Source of the DNA: Nemertoderma westbladi
Lineage: Eukaryota; Animalia; Xenacoelomorpha
Length of the DNA stretch: 64,000 nt
Direction of reading: 5' to 3'
NCBI GenBank assembly: GCA_032718475.1
Contig: JAUCBJ010004350.1
Span: 94,928 to 158,927, forward strand
This document shows, piece after piece, positions 34,001-49,400 of this stretch; within the stretch, counting starts at the first letter, position 1; each line of letters begins with the position of its first letter. The position numbers and the translations under genes are program-made. The notes beneath the pieces were generated by a model, which was not told where the DNA came from, searched no databases, and saw nothing but the letters and a program-made list of their open reading frames with translations.

Positions 34001-37000
34001 TCAACAACCAGAGAGAATAATGTGTTCTATCTTGTAAAAGTGGTCGCTCTCCACTACTGTGGTGTATCAACAACCAGAGAGAATAATGTGTTCTATCTTG
34101 TAAAAGTGGCCGCTCTCCACTACTGTGGTGTATCAACAACCAGAGAGAATAATGTGTTCTATCTTGTAAAAGTGGTCGCTCTCCACTACTGTGGTGTATC
34201 AACAACCAGAGAGAATAATGTGTTCTATCTTGTAAAAGTGGTCGCTCTCCACTACTGTAGTGTATCAACAACCAGAGAGAATAATGTGTTCTATCTTGTA
34301 AAAGTGGTCGCTCTCCACTACTGTGGTGTATCAACAACCAGAGAGAATAATGTGTTATTCTTGTAAAAGTGGTCGCTCTCCACTACTAACTGTGGTGTAT
34401 CAACAACCAGAGAGAATAATGTGTTCTATCTTGTAAAAGTGGCCGCTCGCCACTACTGTGGTGTATCAACAACCAGAGAGAATAATGTGTTCTATCTTGT
34501 AAAAGTGGCCGCTCTCCACTACTGTAGTGTATCAACAACCAGAGAGAATAATGTGTTATTCTTGTAAAAGTGGCCGCTCTCCACTACTGTGGTGTATCAA
34601 CAACCAGAGAGAATAATGTGTTCTATCTTGTAAAAGTGGTCGCTCTCCACTACTAACTGTGGTGTATCAACAACCAGAGAGAATAATGTGTTCTATCTTG
34701 TAAAAGTGGCCGCTCTCCACTACTGTGGTGTATCAACAACCAGAGAGAATAATGTGTTCTATCTTGTAAAAGTGGCCGCTCTCCACTACTAACTGTGGTG
34801 TATCAACAACCAGAGAGAATAATGTGTTCTATCTTGTAAAAGTGGCCGCTCGCCACTACTGTGGTGTATCAACAACCAGAGAGAATAATGTGTTCTATCT
34901 TGTAAAAATGGCCGCTCTCCACTACTGTGGTGTATCAACAACCAGAGAGAATAATGTGTTCTATCTTGTAAAAGTGGCCGCTCTCCACTACTGTGGTGTA
35001 TCAACAACCAGAGAGAATAATGTGTTCTATCTTGTAAAAGTGGCCGATCTCCACTACAGTGGTTTATCAACAACCAGAGAGAATAATGTGTTCTATCTTG
35101 TAAAAGTGGCCGCTCTCCACTACTGTGGTGTATCAACAACCAGAGAGAATAATGTGTTCTATCTTGTAAAAGTGGCCGCTCTCCACTACTGTGGTGTATC
35201 AACAACCAGAGAGAATAATGTGTTCTATCTTGTAAAAGTGGCTGCTCTCCACTACTAACTGTGGTGTATCAACAACCAGAGAGAATAATGTGTTCTATCT
35301 TGTAAAAGTGGCCGCTCGCCACTACTGTGGTGTATCAACAACCAGAGAGAATAATGTGTTCTATCTTGTAAAAGTGGCCGCTCTCCACTACTGTAGTGTA
35401 TCAACAACCAGAGAGAATAATGTGTTCTATCTTGTAAAAGTGGTCGCTCTCCACTACTGTGGTGTATCAACTACCAGAGAGAATAATGTGTTCTATCTTG
35501 TAAAAGTGGCCGCTCTCCACTACTGTGGTGTATCAACAACCAGAGAGAATAATGTGTTCTATCTTGTAAAAGTGGCCGATCGCCACTACTGTAGTGTATC
35601 AACAACCAGAGAGAATAATGTGTTATATCTTGTAAAAGTGGCCGCTCTCCACTACTGTGGTGTATCAACAACCAGAGAGAATAATGTGTTCTATCTTGTA
35701 AAAGTGGCCGATCTCCACTACTGTGGTGTATCAACAACCAGAGAGAATAATGTGTTCTATATTGTAAAAGTGGCCGATCGCCACTACTGTGGTGTATCAA
35801 CAACCAGAGAGAATAATGTGTTCTATCTTGTAAAAGTGGCCGCTCTCCACTACTGTGGTGTATCAACAACCAGAGAGAATAATGTGTTCTATCTTGTAAA
35901 AGTGGCCGCTCTCCACTACTGTGGTGTATCAACAACCAGAGAGAATAATGTGTTCTATCTTGTAAAAGTGGCCGATCTCCACTACTGTGGTGTATCAACA
36001 ACCAGAGAGAATAATGTGTTATATCTTGTAAAAGTGGCCGATCGCCACTACTGTGGTGTATCAACAACCAGAGAGAATAATGTGTTCTATCTTGTAAAAG
36101 TGGCCGCTCTCCACTACTGTGGTGTATCAACAACCGGAGAGAATAATGTGTTCTATCTTGTAAAAGTGGTCGCTCTCCACTACTGTGGTGTATCAACAAC
36201 CAGAGAGAATAATGTGTTCTATCTTGTAAAAGTGGCCGATCTCCACTACTGTGGTGTATCAACAACCAGAGAGAATAATGTGTTATATCTTGTAAAAGTG
36301 GCCGATCGCCACTACTGTGGTGTATCAACAACCAGAGAGAATAATGTGTTCTATCTTGTAAAAGTGGCCGATCTCCACTACTGTGGTGTATCAACAACCA
36401 GAGAGAATAATGTGTTCTATCTTGTAAAAGTGGCCGATCTCCACTACTGTGGTGTATCAACAACCAGAGAGAATAATGTGTTATATCTTGTAAAAGTGGC
36501 CGATCGCCACTACTGTGGTGTATCAACAACCAGAGAGAATAATGTGTTCTATCTTGTAAAAGTGGCCGATCTCCACTACTGTGGTGTATCAACAACCAGA
36601 GAGAATAATGTGTTCTATCTTGTAAAAGTGGCCGATCTCCACTACTGTGGTGTATCAACAACCAGAGAGAATAATGTGTTCTATCTTGTAAAAGTGGCCG
36701 CTCTCCACTACTGTGGTGTATCAACAACCAGAGAGAATAATGTGTTATATCTTGTAAAAGTGGCCGATCGCCACTACTGTGGTGTATCAACAACCAGAGA
36801 GAATAATGTGTTCTATCTTGTAAAAGTGGCCGCTCTCCACTACTAACTGTGGTGTATCAACAACCAGAGAGAATAATGTGTTCTATCTTGTAAAAGTGGC
36901 CGCTCTCCACTACTGTGGTGTATCAACAACCAGAGAGAATAATGTGTTCTATCTTGTAAAAGTGGCCGATCGCCACTACTGTGGTGTATCAACAACCAGA

Positions 37001-40000
37001 GAGAATAATGTGTTCTATCTTGTAAAAGTGGCCGATCTCCACTACTGTGGTGTATCAACAACCAGAGAGAATAATGTGTTATATCTTGTAAAAGTGGCCG
37101 ATCTCCACTACTGTGGTGTATCAACAACCAGAGAGAATAATGTGTTATATCTTGTAAAAGTGGCCGATCGCCACTACTGTGGTGTATCAACAACCAGAGA
37201 GAATAATGTGTTCTATCTTGTAAAAGTGGCCGATCTCCACTACTGTGGTGTATCAACAACCAGAGAGAATAATGTGTTATATCTTGTAAAAGTGGCCGAT
37301 CTCCACTACTGTGGTGTATCAACAACCAGAGAGAATAATGTGTTATATCTTGTAAAAGTGGCCGATCTCCACTACTGTGGTGTATCAACAACCAGAGAGA
37401 ATAATGTGTTATATCTTGTAAAAGTGGCCGATCGCCACTACTGTGGTGTATCAACAACCAGAGAGAATAATGTGTTCTATCTTGTAAAAGTGGCCGATCT
37501 CCACTACTGTGGTGTATCAACAACCAGAGAGAATAATGTGTTATATCTTGTAAAAGTGGCCGCTCTCCACTACTGTGGTGTATTAACAACCAGAGAGAAT
37601 AATGTGTTCTATCTTGTAAAAGTGGCCGATCTCCACTACTGTGGTGTATCAACAACCAGAGAGAATAATGTGTTCTATCTTGTAAAAGTGGCCGCTCTCC
37701 ACTACTGTGGTGTATCAACAACCAGAGAGAATAATGTGTTCTATCTTGTAAAAGTGGTCGCTCTCCACTACTGTGGTGTATCAACAACCAGAGAGAATAA
37801 TGTGTTCTATCTTGTAAAAGTGGCCGATCTCCACTACTGTGGTGTATCAACAACCAGAGAGAATAATGTGTTCTATCTTGTAAAAGCGGTCGCTCTCCAC
37901 TACTGTGGTGTATCAACAACCAGAGAGAATAATGTGTTCTATCTTGTAAAAGTGGTCGCTCTCCACTACTAACTGTGGTGTATCAACAACCAGAGAGAAT
38001 AATGTGTTCTATCTTGTAAAAGTGGCCGCTCTCCACTACTGTGGTGTATCAACAACCAGAGAGAATAATGTGTTCTATCTTGTAAAAGTGGCCGATCTCC
38101 ACTACAGTGGTTTATCAACAACCAGAGAGAATAATGTGTTCTATCTTGTAAAAGTGGCCGCTCTCCACTACTAACTGTGGTGTATCAACAACCAGAGAGA
38201 ATAATGTGTTCTATCTTGTAAAAGTGGCCGCTCTCCACTACTGTGGTGTATCAACAACCAGAGAGAATAATGTGTTCTATCTTGTAAAAGTGGCCGATCT
38301 CCACTACTGTGGTGTATCAACAACCAGAGAGAATAATGTGTTCTATCTTGTAAAAGTGGCCGCTCGCCACTACTGTGGTGTATCAACAACCAGAGAGAAT
38401 AATGTGTTCTATCTTGTAAAAGTGGCCGCTCTCCACTACTAACTGTGGTGTATCAACAACCAGAGAGAATAATGTGTTCTATCTTGTAAAAGTGGCCGCT
38501 CTCCACTACTAACTGTGGTGTATCAACAACCAGAGAGAATAATGTGTTCTATCTTGTAAAAGTGGCCGCTCTCCACTACTGTGGTGTATCAACAACCAGA
38601 GAGAATAATGTGTTCTATCTTGTAAAAGTGGCCGATCTCCACTACAGTGGTTTATCAACAACCAGAGAGAATAATGTGTTCTATCTTGTAAAAGTGGCCG
38701 CTCGCCACTACTGTGGTGTATCAACAACCAGAGAGAATAATGTGTTCTATCTTGTAAAAGTGGCCGCTCTCCACTACTGTGGTGTATCAACAACCAGAGA
38801 GAATAATGTGTTCTATCTTGTAAAAGTGGCCGCTCTCCACTACTGTGGTGTATCAACAACCAGAGAGAATAATGTGTTCTATCTTGTAAAAGTGGCCGCT
38901 CTCCACTACTGTGGTGTATCAACAACCAGAGAGAATAATGTGTTCTATCTTGTAAAAGTGGCCGCTCGCCACTACTGTGGTGTATCAACAACCAGAGAGA
39001 ATAATGTGTTCTATCTTGTAAAAGTGGCCGCTCTCCATCTACTGTGGTGTATCAACAACCAGAGAGAATAATGTGTTCTATCTTGTAAAAGTGGCCGCTC
39101 TCCACTACTGTGGTGTATCAACAACCAGAGAGAATAATGTGTTCTATCTTGTAAAAGTGGCCGCTCTCCACTACTGTGGTGTATCAACAACCAGAGAGAA
39201 TAATGTGTTCTATCTTGTAAAAGTGGCCGCTCTCCACTACTGTGGTGTATCAACAACCAGAGAGAATAATGTGTTCTATCTTGTAAAAGTGGCCGCTCTC
39301 CACTACTGTGGTGTATCAACAACCAGAGAGAATAATGTGTTCTATCTTGTAAAAGTGGCCGCTCTCCACTACTGTGGTGTATCAACAACCAGAGAGAATA
39401 ATGTGTTCTATCTTGTAAAAGTGGCCGCTCGCCACTACTGTGGTGTATCAACAACCAGAGAGAATAATGTGTTCTATCTTGTAAAAGTGGTCGCTCTCCA
39501 CTACTGTGGTGTATCAACAACCAGAGAGAATAATGTGTTCTATCTTGTAAAAGTGGCCGCTCGCCACTACTGTGGTGTATCAACAACCAGAGAGAATAAT
39601 GTGTTCTATCTTGTAAAAGTGGCCGCTCTCCACTACTGTGGTGTATCAACAACCAGAGAGAATAATGTGTTCTATCTTGTAAAAGTGGTCGCTCTCCACT
39701 ACTGTGGTGTATCAACAACCAGAGAGAATAATGTGTTCTATCTTGTAAAAGTGGCCGCTCTCCACTACTGTGGTGTATCAACAACCAGAGAGAATAATGT
39801 GTTCTATCTTGTAAAAGTGGCCGCTCTCCACTACTGTGGTGTATCAACAACCAGAGAGAATAATGTGTTCTATCTTGTAAAAGTGGTCGCTCTCCACTAC
39901 TGTGGTGTATCAACAACCAGAGAGAATAATGTGTTCTATCTTGTAAAAGTGGCCGCTCTCCACTACTGTGGTGTATCAACAACCAGAGAGAATAATGTGT

Positions 40001-43000
40001 TCTATCTTGTAAAAGTGGCCGCTCGCCACTACTGTGGTGTATCAACAACCAGAGAGAATAATGTGTTCTATCTTGTAAAAGTGGTCGCTCTCCACTACTG
40101 TGGTGTATCAACAACCAGAGAGAATAATGTGTTCTATCTTGTAAAAGTGGTCGCTCTCCACTACTGTGGTGTATCAACAACCAGAGAGAATAATGTGTTC
40201 TATCTTGTAAAAGTGGTCGCTCTCCACTACTGTGGTGTATCAACAACCAGAGAGAATAATGTGTTCTATCTTGTAAAAGTGGCCGCTCTCCACTACTGTG
40301 GTGTATCAACAACCAGAGAGAATAATGTGTTCTATCTTGTAAAAGTGGCCGCTCTCCACTACTGTGGTGTATCAACAACCAGAGAGAATAATGTGTTCTA
40401 TCTTGTAAAAGTGGCCGCTCTCCACTACTGTGGTGTATCAACAACCAGAGAGAATAATGTGTTCTATCTTGTAAAAGTGGCCGCTCTCCACTACTGTGGT
40501 GTATCAACAACCAGAGAGAATAATGTGTTCTATCTTGTAAAAGTGGCCGCTCTCCACTACTGTGGTGTATCAACAACCAGAGAGAATAATGTGTTCTATC
40601 TTGTAAAAGTGGCCGCTCTCCACTACTGTGGTGTATCAACAACCAGAGAGAATAATGTGTTCTATCTTGTAAAAGTGGCCGCTCTCCACTACTGTGGTGT
40701 ATCAACAACCAGAGAGAATAATGTGTTCTATCTTGTAAAAGTGGTCGCTCTCCACTACTGTGGTGTATCAACAACCAGAGAGAATAATGTGTTCTATCTT
40801 GTAAAAGTGGTCGCTCTCCACTACTGTGGTGTATCAACAACCAGAGAGAATAATGTGTTCTATCTTGTAAAAGTGGTCGCTCTCCACTACTGTGGTGTAT
40901 CAACAACCAGAGAGAATAATGTGTTCTATCTTGTAAAAGTGGCCGCTCTCCACTACTGTGGTGTATCAACAACCAGAGAGAATAATGTGTTCTATCTTGT
41001 AAAAGTGGCCGCTCTCCACTACTGTGGTGTATCAACAACCAGAGAGAATAATGTGTTCTATCTTGTAAAAGTGGCCGCTCTCCACTACTGTGGTGTATCA
41101 ACAACCAGAGAGAATAATGTGTTCTATCTTGTAAAAGTGGTCGCTCTCCACTACTACTGTGGTGTATCAACAACCAGAGAGAATAATGTGTTCTATCTTG
41201 TAAAAGTGGCCGCTCTCCACTACTGTGGTGTATCAACAACCAGAGAGAATAATGTGTTCTATCTTGTAAAAGTGGTCGCTCTCCACTACTGTGGTGTATC
41301 AACAACCAGAGAGAATAATGTGTTCTATCTTGTAAAAGTGGCCGCTCTCCACTACTGTGGTGTATCAACAACCAGAGAGAATAATGTGTTCTATCTTGTA
41401 AAAGTGGCCGCTCTCCACTACTGTGGTGTATCAACAACCAGAGAGAATAATGTGTTCTATCTTGTAAAAGTGGCCGCTCTCCACTACTGTGGTGTATCAA
41501 CAACCAGAGAGAATAATGTGTTCTATCTTGTAAAAGTGGCCGCTCTCCACTACTGTGGTGTATCAACAACCAGAGAGAATAATGTGTTCTATCTTGTAAA
41601 AGTGGCCGCTCTCCACTACTGTGATGTATCAACAACCAGAGAGAATAATGTGTTCTATCTTGTAAAAGTGGCCGCTCTCCACTACTGTGGTGTATCAACA
41701 ACCAGAGAGAATAATGTGTTCTATCTTGTAAAAGTGGCCGCTCTCCACTACTGTGGTGTATCAACAACCAGAGAGAATAATGTGTTCTATCTTGTAAAAG
41801 TGGCCGCTCGCCACTACTGTGGTGTATCAACAACCAGAGAGAATAATGTGTTCTATCTTGTAAAAGTGGCCGCTCTCCACTACTGTGGTGTATCAACAAC
41901 CAGAGAGAATAATGTGTTCTATCTTGTAAAAGTGGTCGCTCTCCACTACTGTGGTGTATCAACAACCAGAGAGAATAATGTGTTCTATCTTGTAAAAGTG
42001 GTCGCTCTCCACTACTGTGGTGTATCAACAACCAGAGAGAATAATGTGTTCTATCTTGTAAAAGTGGCCGCTCTCCACTACTGTGGTGTATCAACAACCA
42101 GAGAGAATAATGTGTTCTATCTTGTAAAAGTGGTCGCTCTCCACTACTGTGGTGTATCAACAACCAGAGAGAATAATGTGTTCTATCTTGTAAAAGTGGC
42201 CGCTCTCCACTACTGTGGTGTATCAACAACCAGAGAGAATAATGTGTTCTATCTTGTAAAAGTGGCCGCTCTCCACTACTGTGGTGTATCAACAACCAGA
42301 GAGAATAATGTGTTCTATCTTGTAAAAGTGGTCGCTCTCCACTACTGTGGTGTATCAACAACCAGAGAGAATAATGTGTTCTATCTTGTAAAAGTGGCCG
42401 CTCTCCACTACTGTGGTGTATCAACAACCAGAGAGAATAATGTGTTCTATCTTGTAAAAGTGGCCGATCTCCACTACTGTGGTGTATCAACAACCAGAGA
42501 GAATAATGTGTTCTATCTTGTAAAAGTGGCCGCTCTCCACTACTGTGGTGTATCAACAACCAGAGAGAATAATGTGTTCTATCTTGTAAAAGTGGTCGCT
42601 CTCCACTACTAACTGTGGTGTATCAACAACCAGAGAGAATAATGTGTTCTATCTTGTAAAAGTGGCCGCTCGCCACTACTGTGGTGTATCAACAACCAGA
42701 GAGAATAATGTGTTCTATCTTGTAAAAGTGGCCGCTCTCCACTACTGTGGTGTATCAACAACCAGAGAGAATAATGTGTTCTATCTTGTAAAAGTGGCCG
42801 CTCTCCACTACTGTGGTGTATCAACAACCAGAGAGAATAATGTGTTCTATCTTGTAAAAGTGGCCGATCGCCACTACTGTGGTGTATCAACAACCAGAGA
42901 GAATAATGTGTTCTATCTTGTAAAAGTGGTCGCTCGCCATTACTGTGGTGTATCAACAACCAGAGAGAATAATGTGTTCTATCTTGTAAAAGTGGCCGCT

Positions 43001-43439
43001 CTCCACTACTAACTGTGGTGTATCAACAACCAGAGAGAATAATGTGTTCTATCTTGTAAAAGTGGCCGATCGCCACTACTGTGGTGTATCAACAACCAGA
43101 GAGAATAATGTGTTCTATCTTGTAAAAGTGGTCGCTCGCCATTACTGTGGTGTATCAACAACCAGAGAGAATAATGTGTTCTATCTTGTAAAAGTGGCCG
43201 CTCTCCACTACTGTGGTGTATCAACAACCAGAGAGAATAATGTGTTCTATCTTGTAAAAGTGGCCGATCGCCACTACTGTGGTGTATCAACAACCAGAGA
43301 GAATAATGTGTTCTATCTTGTAAAAGTGGTCGCTCGCCATTACTGTGGTGTATCAACAACCAGAGAGAATAATGTGTTCTATCTTGTAAAAGTGGCCGCT
43401 CTCCACTACTAACTGTGGTGTATCAACAACCAGAGAGAA
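31006..43439. repeat. 66-bp satellite, main segment (about 185-190 units)
   Basis: Highly homogeneous tandem array with locally clustered variants (GGTC/GGCC, GAT/GCT, +TAAC). Confidence 0.98.
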
Positions 43440-46400
43440 TCCACGAAGCTAAGGAAAATCAACTACTTTCGCTAAGAAAGATTTTCCTTAGCTGAGATGG
43501 TCTATTCATAGTGGGCTATTTTACTTGTATGGAGCAGATTTAGTGTTTTTTGGTCGGGGAAAAAACTAGCCTTTAAAAGTACCCTGAAATTTTGCATGTA
43601 TATACAACTCATCAAGGCGCGTCGTGTGGGATGGGTCTCATCTCCAGGAAAAATCTGCTTTCCATGGCAACGGACTTAGAAAAAAGTCTATGTATTTCAA
43701 GTCAATATTTGTAACACTATTTGTAGGAAAACTATAATACATATAAACTTGGGGTTTCTCAACACAACTATAAGGTCCATAGCAGAGCCGATTGAGGTTA
43801 AATAGAAAATCCAGTTACCTTGGCAACCGGGCTAAACAGATGTTAAAATTTTTAAAATGTTAATTTGAAGCCTAAGGTTAAGGTGTGATGACTTGGGACC
43901 AATCCCTACCCCCACTATATAACTTATTCTGCATCCGAATTACATTGTTCTATTTTTCAGTTACCATGACAACCGCTGAAAACAGATGTTTCTATGCAAA
44001 AATTACTCATTTGGACATAGACTTCATTATAAAATTTTATGAAAATGGGTATGTGTTACTGGACCACTAGTTGGAAATTTTAGTGAAACTCAAACATTCC
44101 AGAAATATATAGATACCATGGTAACTGGAGTTTATTAAAGTCTATATCATTCAAGTCTAAATTCAATACACTATTTCTAGCAAAATGATGTAATATATAT
44201 AAATTTGGGGTTTTGCAACTCATTTATAAGATCCATATACAAGCCGTTCGAGGTTAATTACACAATCCAGTTACCATAGCAACAAGACTAAACAGATGTT
44301 CCACGAAGCTAAGGAAAATCAACTACTTTCACTAAGAAAGATTTTCCTTAGCTGAGATGGTCTATTCATAGTGGGCTATTTTACTTGTATGAGGCAGATT
44401 TGGTTTTTTTTGACCGGTGAAAAAACTAGCCTTTAAAAGTACCCTGAAATTTTGCATGTATATACTACTCGACGAGGCGCATCTTTTGGGCCAGGTCTAA
44501 TATCCAGGAAAAATCTGGTTTCCATGGCAACGGACTTCAAAAAAAGTCTATGTATTTCAAGTCAATATTTATAACTCTATTTGTAGGAAAACTATAATAG
44601 ATATAAACTTGGGGTTTCTCAACTCAACTATAAGGTCCATAGCAGAGCCGATTGAGGTTAAATAGAAAATCCAGTTACCTTGGCAACCGGGACAAACAGA
44701 TGTTAAAATTTATAAAATGTTAATTTGAAGCCTAAGGTTAAGGTGTTATGTCTTGGGACCAACCCCTACCCCCACTATATGACTTATTCTGCGTCCGAAT
44801 TTCATTGTTTAATTTTGCAGTTACCATGACAACCGCTGAAAACAGATGTTTTTATACAAAATAACTCATTTGGACATAGACTTCGCGATAAAATTTTACG
44901 AAATTGGATATGTGTTATCTGGACCACTAGTTGAAACTTTTAGTAAAACCTAAAACATTCCATAAATATCTTGTTACCATGGTAACTGGAGTTTATTAAA
45001 GTCGATATCATTCAAGTCTAAATTCAATACTCTATTTGCAGCAAAATAATGTAATAAATATAAATTTGGGGTTTTGCAAGTCATCTGTAAGGTCCATATA
45101 CAATCCATTCGAGGTTAATTACACAATCCAATTACCATAGCAACAAGACTAAACAGATGTTAAAATTTCTAAAATGATAATTTGAAACACAAGTTAATAG
45201 TATTATGACTTGGGACCAAGACCTACCCCCATTATATGACTTATTCTGCATCCGAATTACATTGTTCTATTTTTCAGTTTCCATGACAACCACTGCAAAC
45301 AGATGCATTATGATAGAAAATCGGTAATTTGGACATAAACTACAATATTTTCTGAAACTTGGTATGTGTTATCTGAACCACAATCTGGACTGAATCTTTT
45401 TTCAAAGGTAAAACCAACAGTTCCAGAGAATTCTAGTTTCCATGGGAATATAAGTTATTTATTGGCAAATGCTACTAAACTAGGCTAAGCAACAAACCAA
45501 ATTATGGCCCTTTGTTTAATTTTCCTTAGCTTCGTGGTTGCATTTCCTTTAGGAAATGCCTTTCTAGTAGCAACAAGACTAAACAGATGTTCCACGAAGC
45601 TAAGGAAAATCAACTACTTTCACTAAGAAAGATTTTCCTTAGCTGAGATGGTCTATTCATAGTGGGCTATTTTACTTGTATGAGGCAGATTTGGTTTTTT
45701 TTGACCGGTGAAAAAACTAGCCTTTAAAAGTACCCTGAAATTTTGCATGTATATACTACTCGACGAGGCGCATCTTTTGGGCCAGGTCTAATATCCAGGA
45801 AAAATCTGGTTTCCATGGCAACGGACTTCAAAAAAAGTCTATGTATTTCAAGTCAATATTTATAACTCTATTTGTAGGAAAACTATAATAGATATAAACT
45901 TGGGGTTTCGCAACACAACTATAAGGTCCATAGCAGATCCGATTGAGGCTAAATAGAAAATCCAGTTTCCTTGGCAACCGGGATAAACAGATGTTAAAAT
46001 TTATAAAATGATAATAAACTTGGGATTTCTCAACTCAACTATAAGGTCCATAGCAGAGCCGATTGAGGTTAAATAGAAATTCCAGTTACCTTGGCAACCG
46101 GGCTAAACTGATGTTAAAATTTATAAAATGTTAATTTGAAGCCTAAGGTTAATGTGTTATGTCTTGGGACCAACCCCTACCCCCACTATATGACTTATTC
46201 TGCGTCCGAATTTCATTGTTTAATTTTGCAGTTACCATGACAACCGCTGAAAACAGATGTTTTTATACAAAAATAACTCATTTGGACATAGACTTCGCGA
46301 TAAAATTTTACGAAATTGGATATGTGTTATCTGGACCACTAGTTGAAACTTTTAGTAAAACCTAAAACATTCCATAAATATCTTGTTACCATGGTAACTG

Positions 46401-49400
46401 GAGTTTATTAAAGTCGATATCATTCAAGTCTAAATTCAATACTCTATTTGCAGCAAAATAATGTAATAAATATAAATTTGGGGTTTTGCAAGTCATCTGT
46501 AAGGTCCATATACAATCCATTCGAGGTTAATTACACAATCCAATTACCATAGCAACAAGACTAAACAGATGTTAAAATTTCAAAAATGATAATTTGAAAC
46601 ACAAGTTAATAGTATTATGACTTGGGACCAAGACCTACCCCCATTATATGACTTATTCTGCATCCGAATTACATTGTTCTATTTTTCAGTTTCCATGACA
46701 ACCACTGCAAACAGATGCATTATGATAGAAAATCGGTAATTTGGACATAAACTACAATATTTTCTGAAACTTGGTATGTGTTATCTGAACCACAATCTGG
46801 ACTGAATCTTTTTTCAAAGGTAAAACCAACAGTTCCAGAGAATTCTAGTTTCCATGGGAATATAAGTTATTTATTGGCAAATGCTACTAAACTAGGCTAA
46901 GCAACAAACCAAATTATGGCCCTTTGTTTAATTTTCCTTAGCTTCGTGGTTGCATTTCCTTTAGGAAATGCCTTTCTAGTCCACGAAGCTAAGGAAAATC
47001 AACTACTTTCGCTAAGAAAGATTTTCCTTAGCTGAGATGGTCTATTCATAGTGGGCTGTTTTACTTGTATGGAGCAGATTTAGTGTTTTTTGATAGGTGA
47101 AAAAACTAGCCTTTAAAAGTAACCTAAAATTTTGCATGTATATACAACTCATCAAGGCGCGTCGTGTGGGATGGGTCTCATATGCAGGAAAAATCTGGTT
47201 TCCATGGCAACGGACTTAGAAAAAAGTCTATGTATTTCAAGTCAATATTTGTAACTCTATTTGTAGGAAAACTATAATACATATAAACTTGGGGTTTCTC
47301 AACACAACTATAAGGTCCATAGCAGAGCCGATTGAGGTTAAATAGAAAATCCAGTTACCTTGGCAACCGGGCTAAACAGATGTTAAAATTTTTAAAATGT
47401 TAATTTGAAGCCTAAGGTTAAGGTGTGATGACTTGGGACCAATCCCTACCCCCACTATATAACTTATTCTGCGTCCGAATTTGATTGTTCTATTTTGCAG
47501 TTACCATGACAACCGCTGAAAACAGATGTTTTTATACAAAAATTATTCATTTGGACATAGACTTCACGATAAAATTTTACAAAACTGGGTATGTGTTATC
47601 TGGACCACTAGTTGGAACTTTTAGTGAAACTCAAAACATTCCAGAAATATCTAGTTACCATGGTAACTGGAGCTTATTAAAGTCAATATCATTCAAGTCT
47701 ATATTTTTAACCCTTGTTTGTAGGAAAACTGTATTAGATATAAATATTGGGTTTCCCAACTCAACTATAAGGAAGGTCCTTAGAGGAGCCAATTGTGGTT
47801 AATTAGAAAATCCAGTTACCTTGGTAACCAGGCTAAACAGATGATATAATTTAAAAAATTATAATTAGAAACACAAGTTAAAGGCATTATGACTTGGGAC
47901 CAACCCCTACCACCATAATATCACTTATTCTGCATCCAATCTACGTTGTTCTATTTGCCAGTTACCTTGACAACCACTGCAAACAGACTTTTTAACAAAT
48001 TAATAATTAATTTTGCACATAAACTACTCAATGAAGCTTCCTTGGAGTCGATGTGTCACCTGGAACCACAAACTAGATCTTAATGTAAAACTCTGCATTT
48101 CTAGAAAAGTCCAGTTACCTTGGCAATACCGGGAGTTCTTTTAACTCGGTAAATCAATGAACTGATGAGTCAAAGAGTGTTTAATTTTCCTTAGCTTCGT
48201 GGTTGCATTTCCTTTAGGAAATGCCTTTCTAGTAAAATTTATAAAATGATAATTTGAAGCACAATTTAATAGTATTATGACTTGGGACCAAGACCTACCC
48301 CCACTATATGACTTATTCTGCATCCGAGTCCACGAAGCTAAGGAAAATCAACTACTTTCGCTAAGAAAGATTTTCCTTAGCTGAGATGGTCTATTCATAG
48401 TGGGCTATTTTACTTGTGTGAGGCAGATTTGGGGTTTTTTGATAGGCGAAAAAACTAGCCTTTAAAAGTACCCTGAAATTTTGCATGTATATACTACTCG
48501 GCGAGGCGCATCTTTTGGGCCGGGTCTCATATCCAGGAAAAATCTGGTTTCCATGGCAACGGACTTCAAAAAAAGTCTATGTATTTCAAGTCAATATTTA
48601 TAACTCTATTTGTAGGAAAACTATAATAGATTTAAACTTGGGGTTTTGCAACACAACTATAAGGTCCATAGCAGATCCGATTGAGGCTAAATAGAAAATC
48701 CAGTTACGTTGGCAACCGGGATAAACAGATGTTAAAATTTATAAAATGATAATTTGAGGCCTAAGGGCAAGGTGTTATGACTTGAGACCAACCCCTACCC
48801 CCACTATATAACTTATTCTGCATCCGAATTACATTGTTCTATTTTTCAGTTACCATGACAACAGCCGAAAACAGATGTTTTTATACAAAAATTATTCATT
48901 TGGACATAGACTTCGCGATAAAATTTTACAAAACTGGGTATGTGTTATCTGCACCACTAGTTGGAACTTTTAGTGAAACTTAAATCATTCCAGAAATTTA
49001 GTTACCATGGTAACTGTAGTTTTTTAAACTCTATATCATTCAAGTCTATATTGATAACTCTATTTCTAGCAAAACTGTAATATATATAAACTTGGGGTTT
49101 TGTAACTCATCTATAAGGTCCATATACAAGCCGTTCGAAGTTAATTAGAAAATCCATTTACCATAGCAACAAGAGTAAACAGATGTTAAAATTAATAAAA
49201 TGATAATTTGAAGCACAATTTAATAGTATTATGACTTGGGACCAACACCTACCCCCACTATATGACTTATTCTGCATCCGAATTACATTGTTCTATTTTT
49301 CAGTTTCCATGACAACCACTGCAAACAGATGCATTTTGATAGAAAATCTGTAATTTGGACATAAACTACAATATTTTCTGAAACTCGATGTGTTATCTGA

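Noticed and set aside
31006-43439. Very long ORFs on both strands (up to about 1180 aa) and a CRISPR-like regular look
   Set aside because: The 66-bp unit is a multiple of 3 and lacks stops in two frames. There are no unique spacers or cas genes, so it is a plain satellite.
48163-48180. CTGATGAG as another hammerhead core
   Set aside because: No stem II or GAAA follows.
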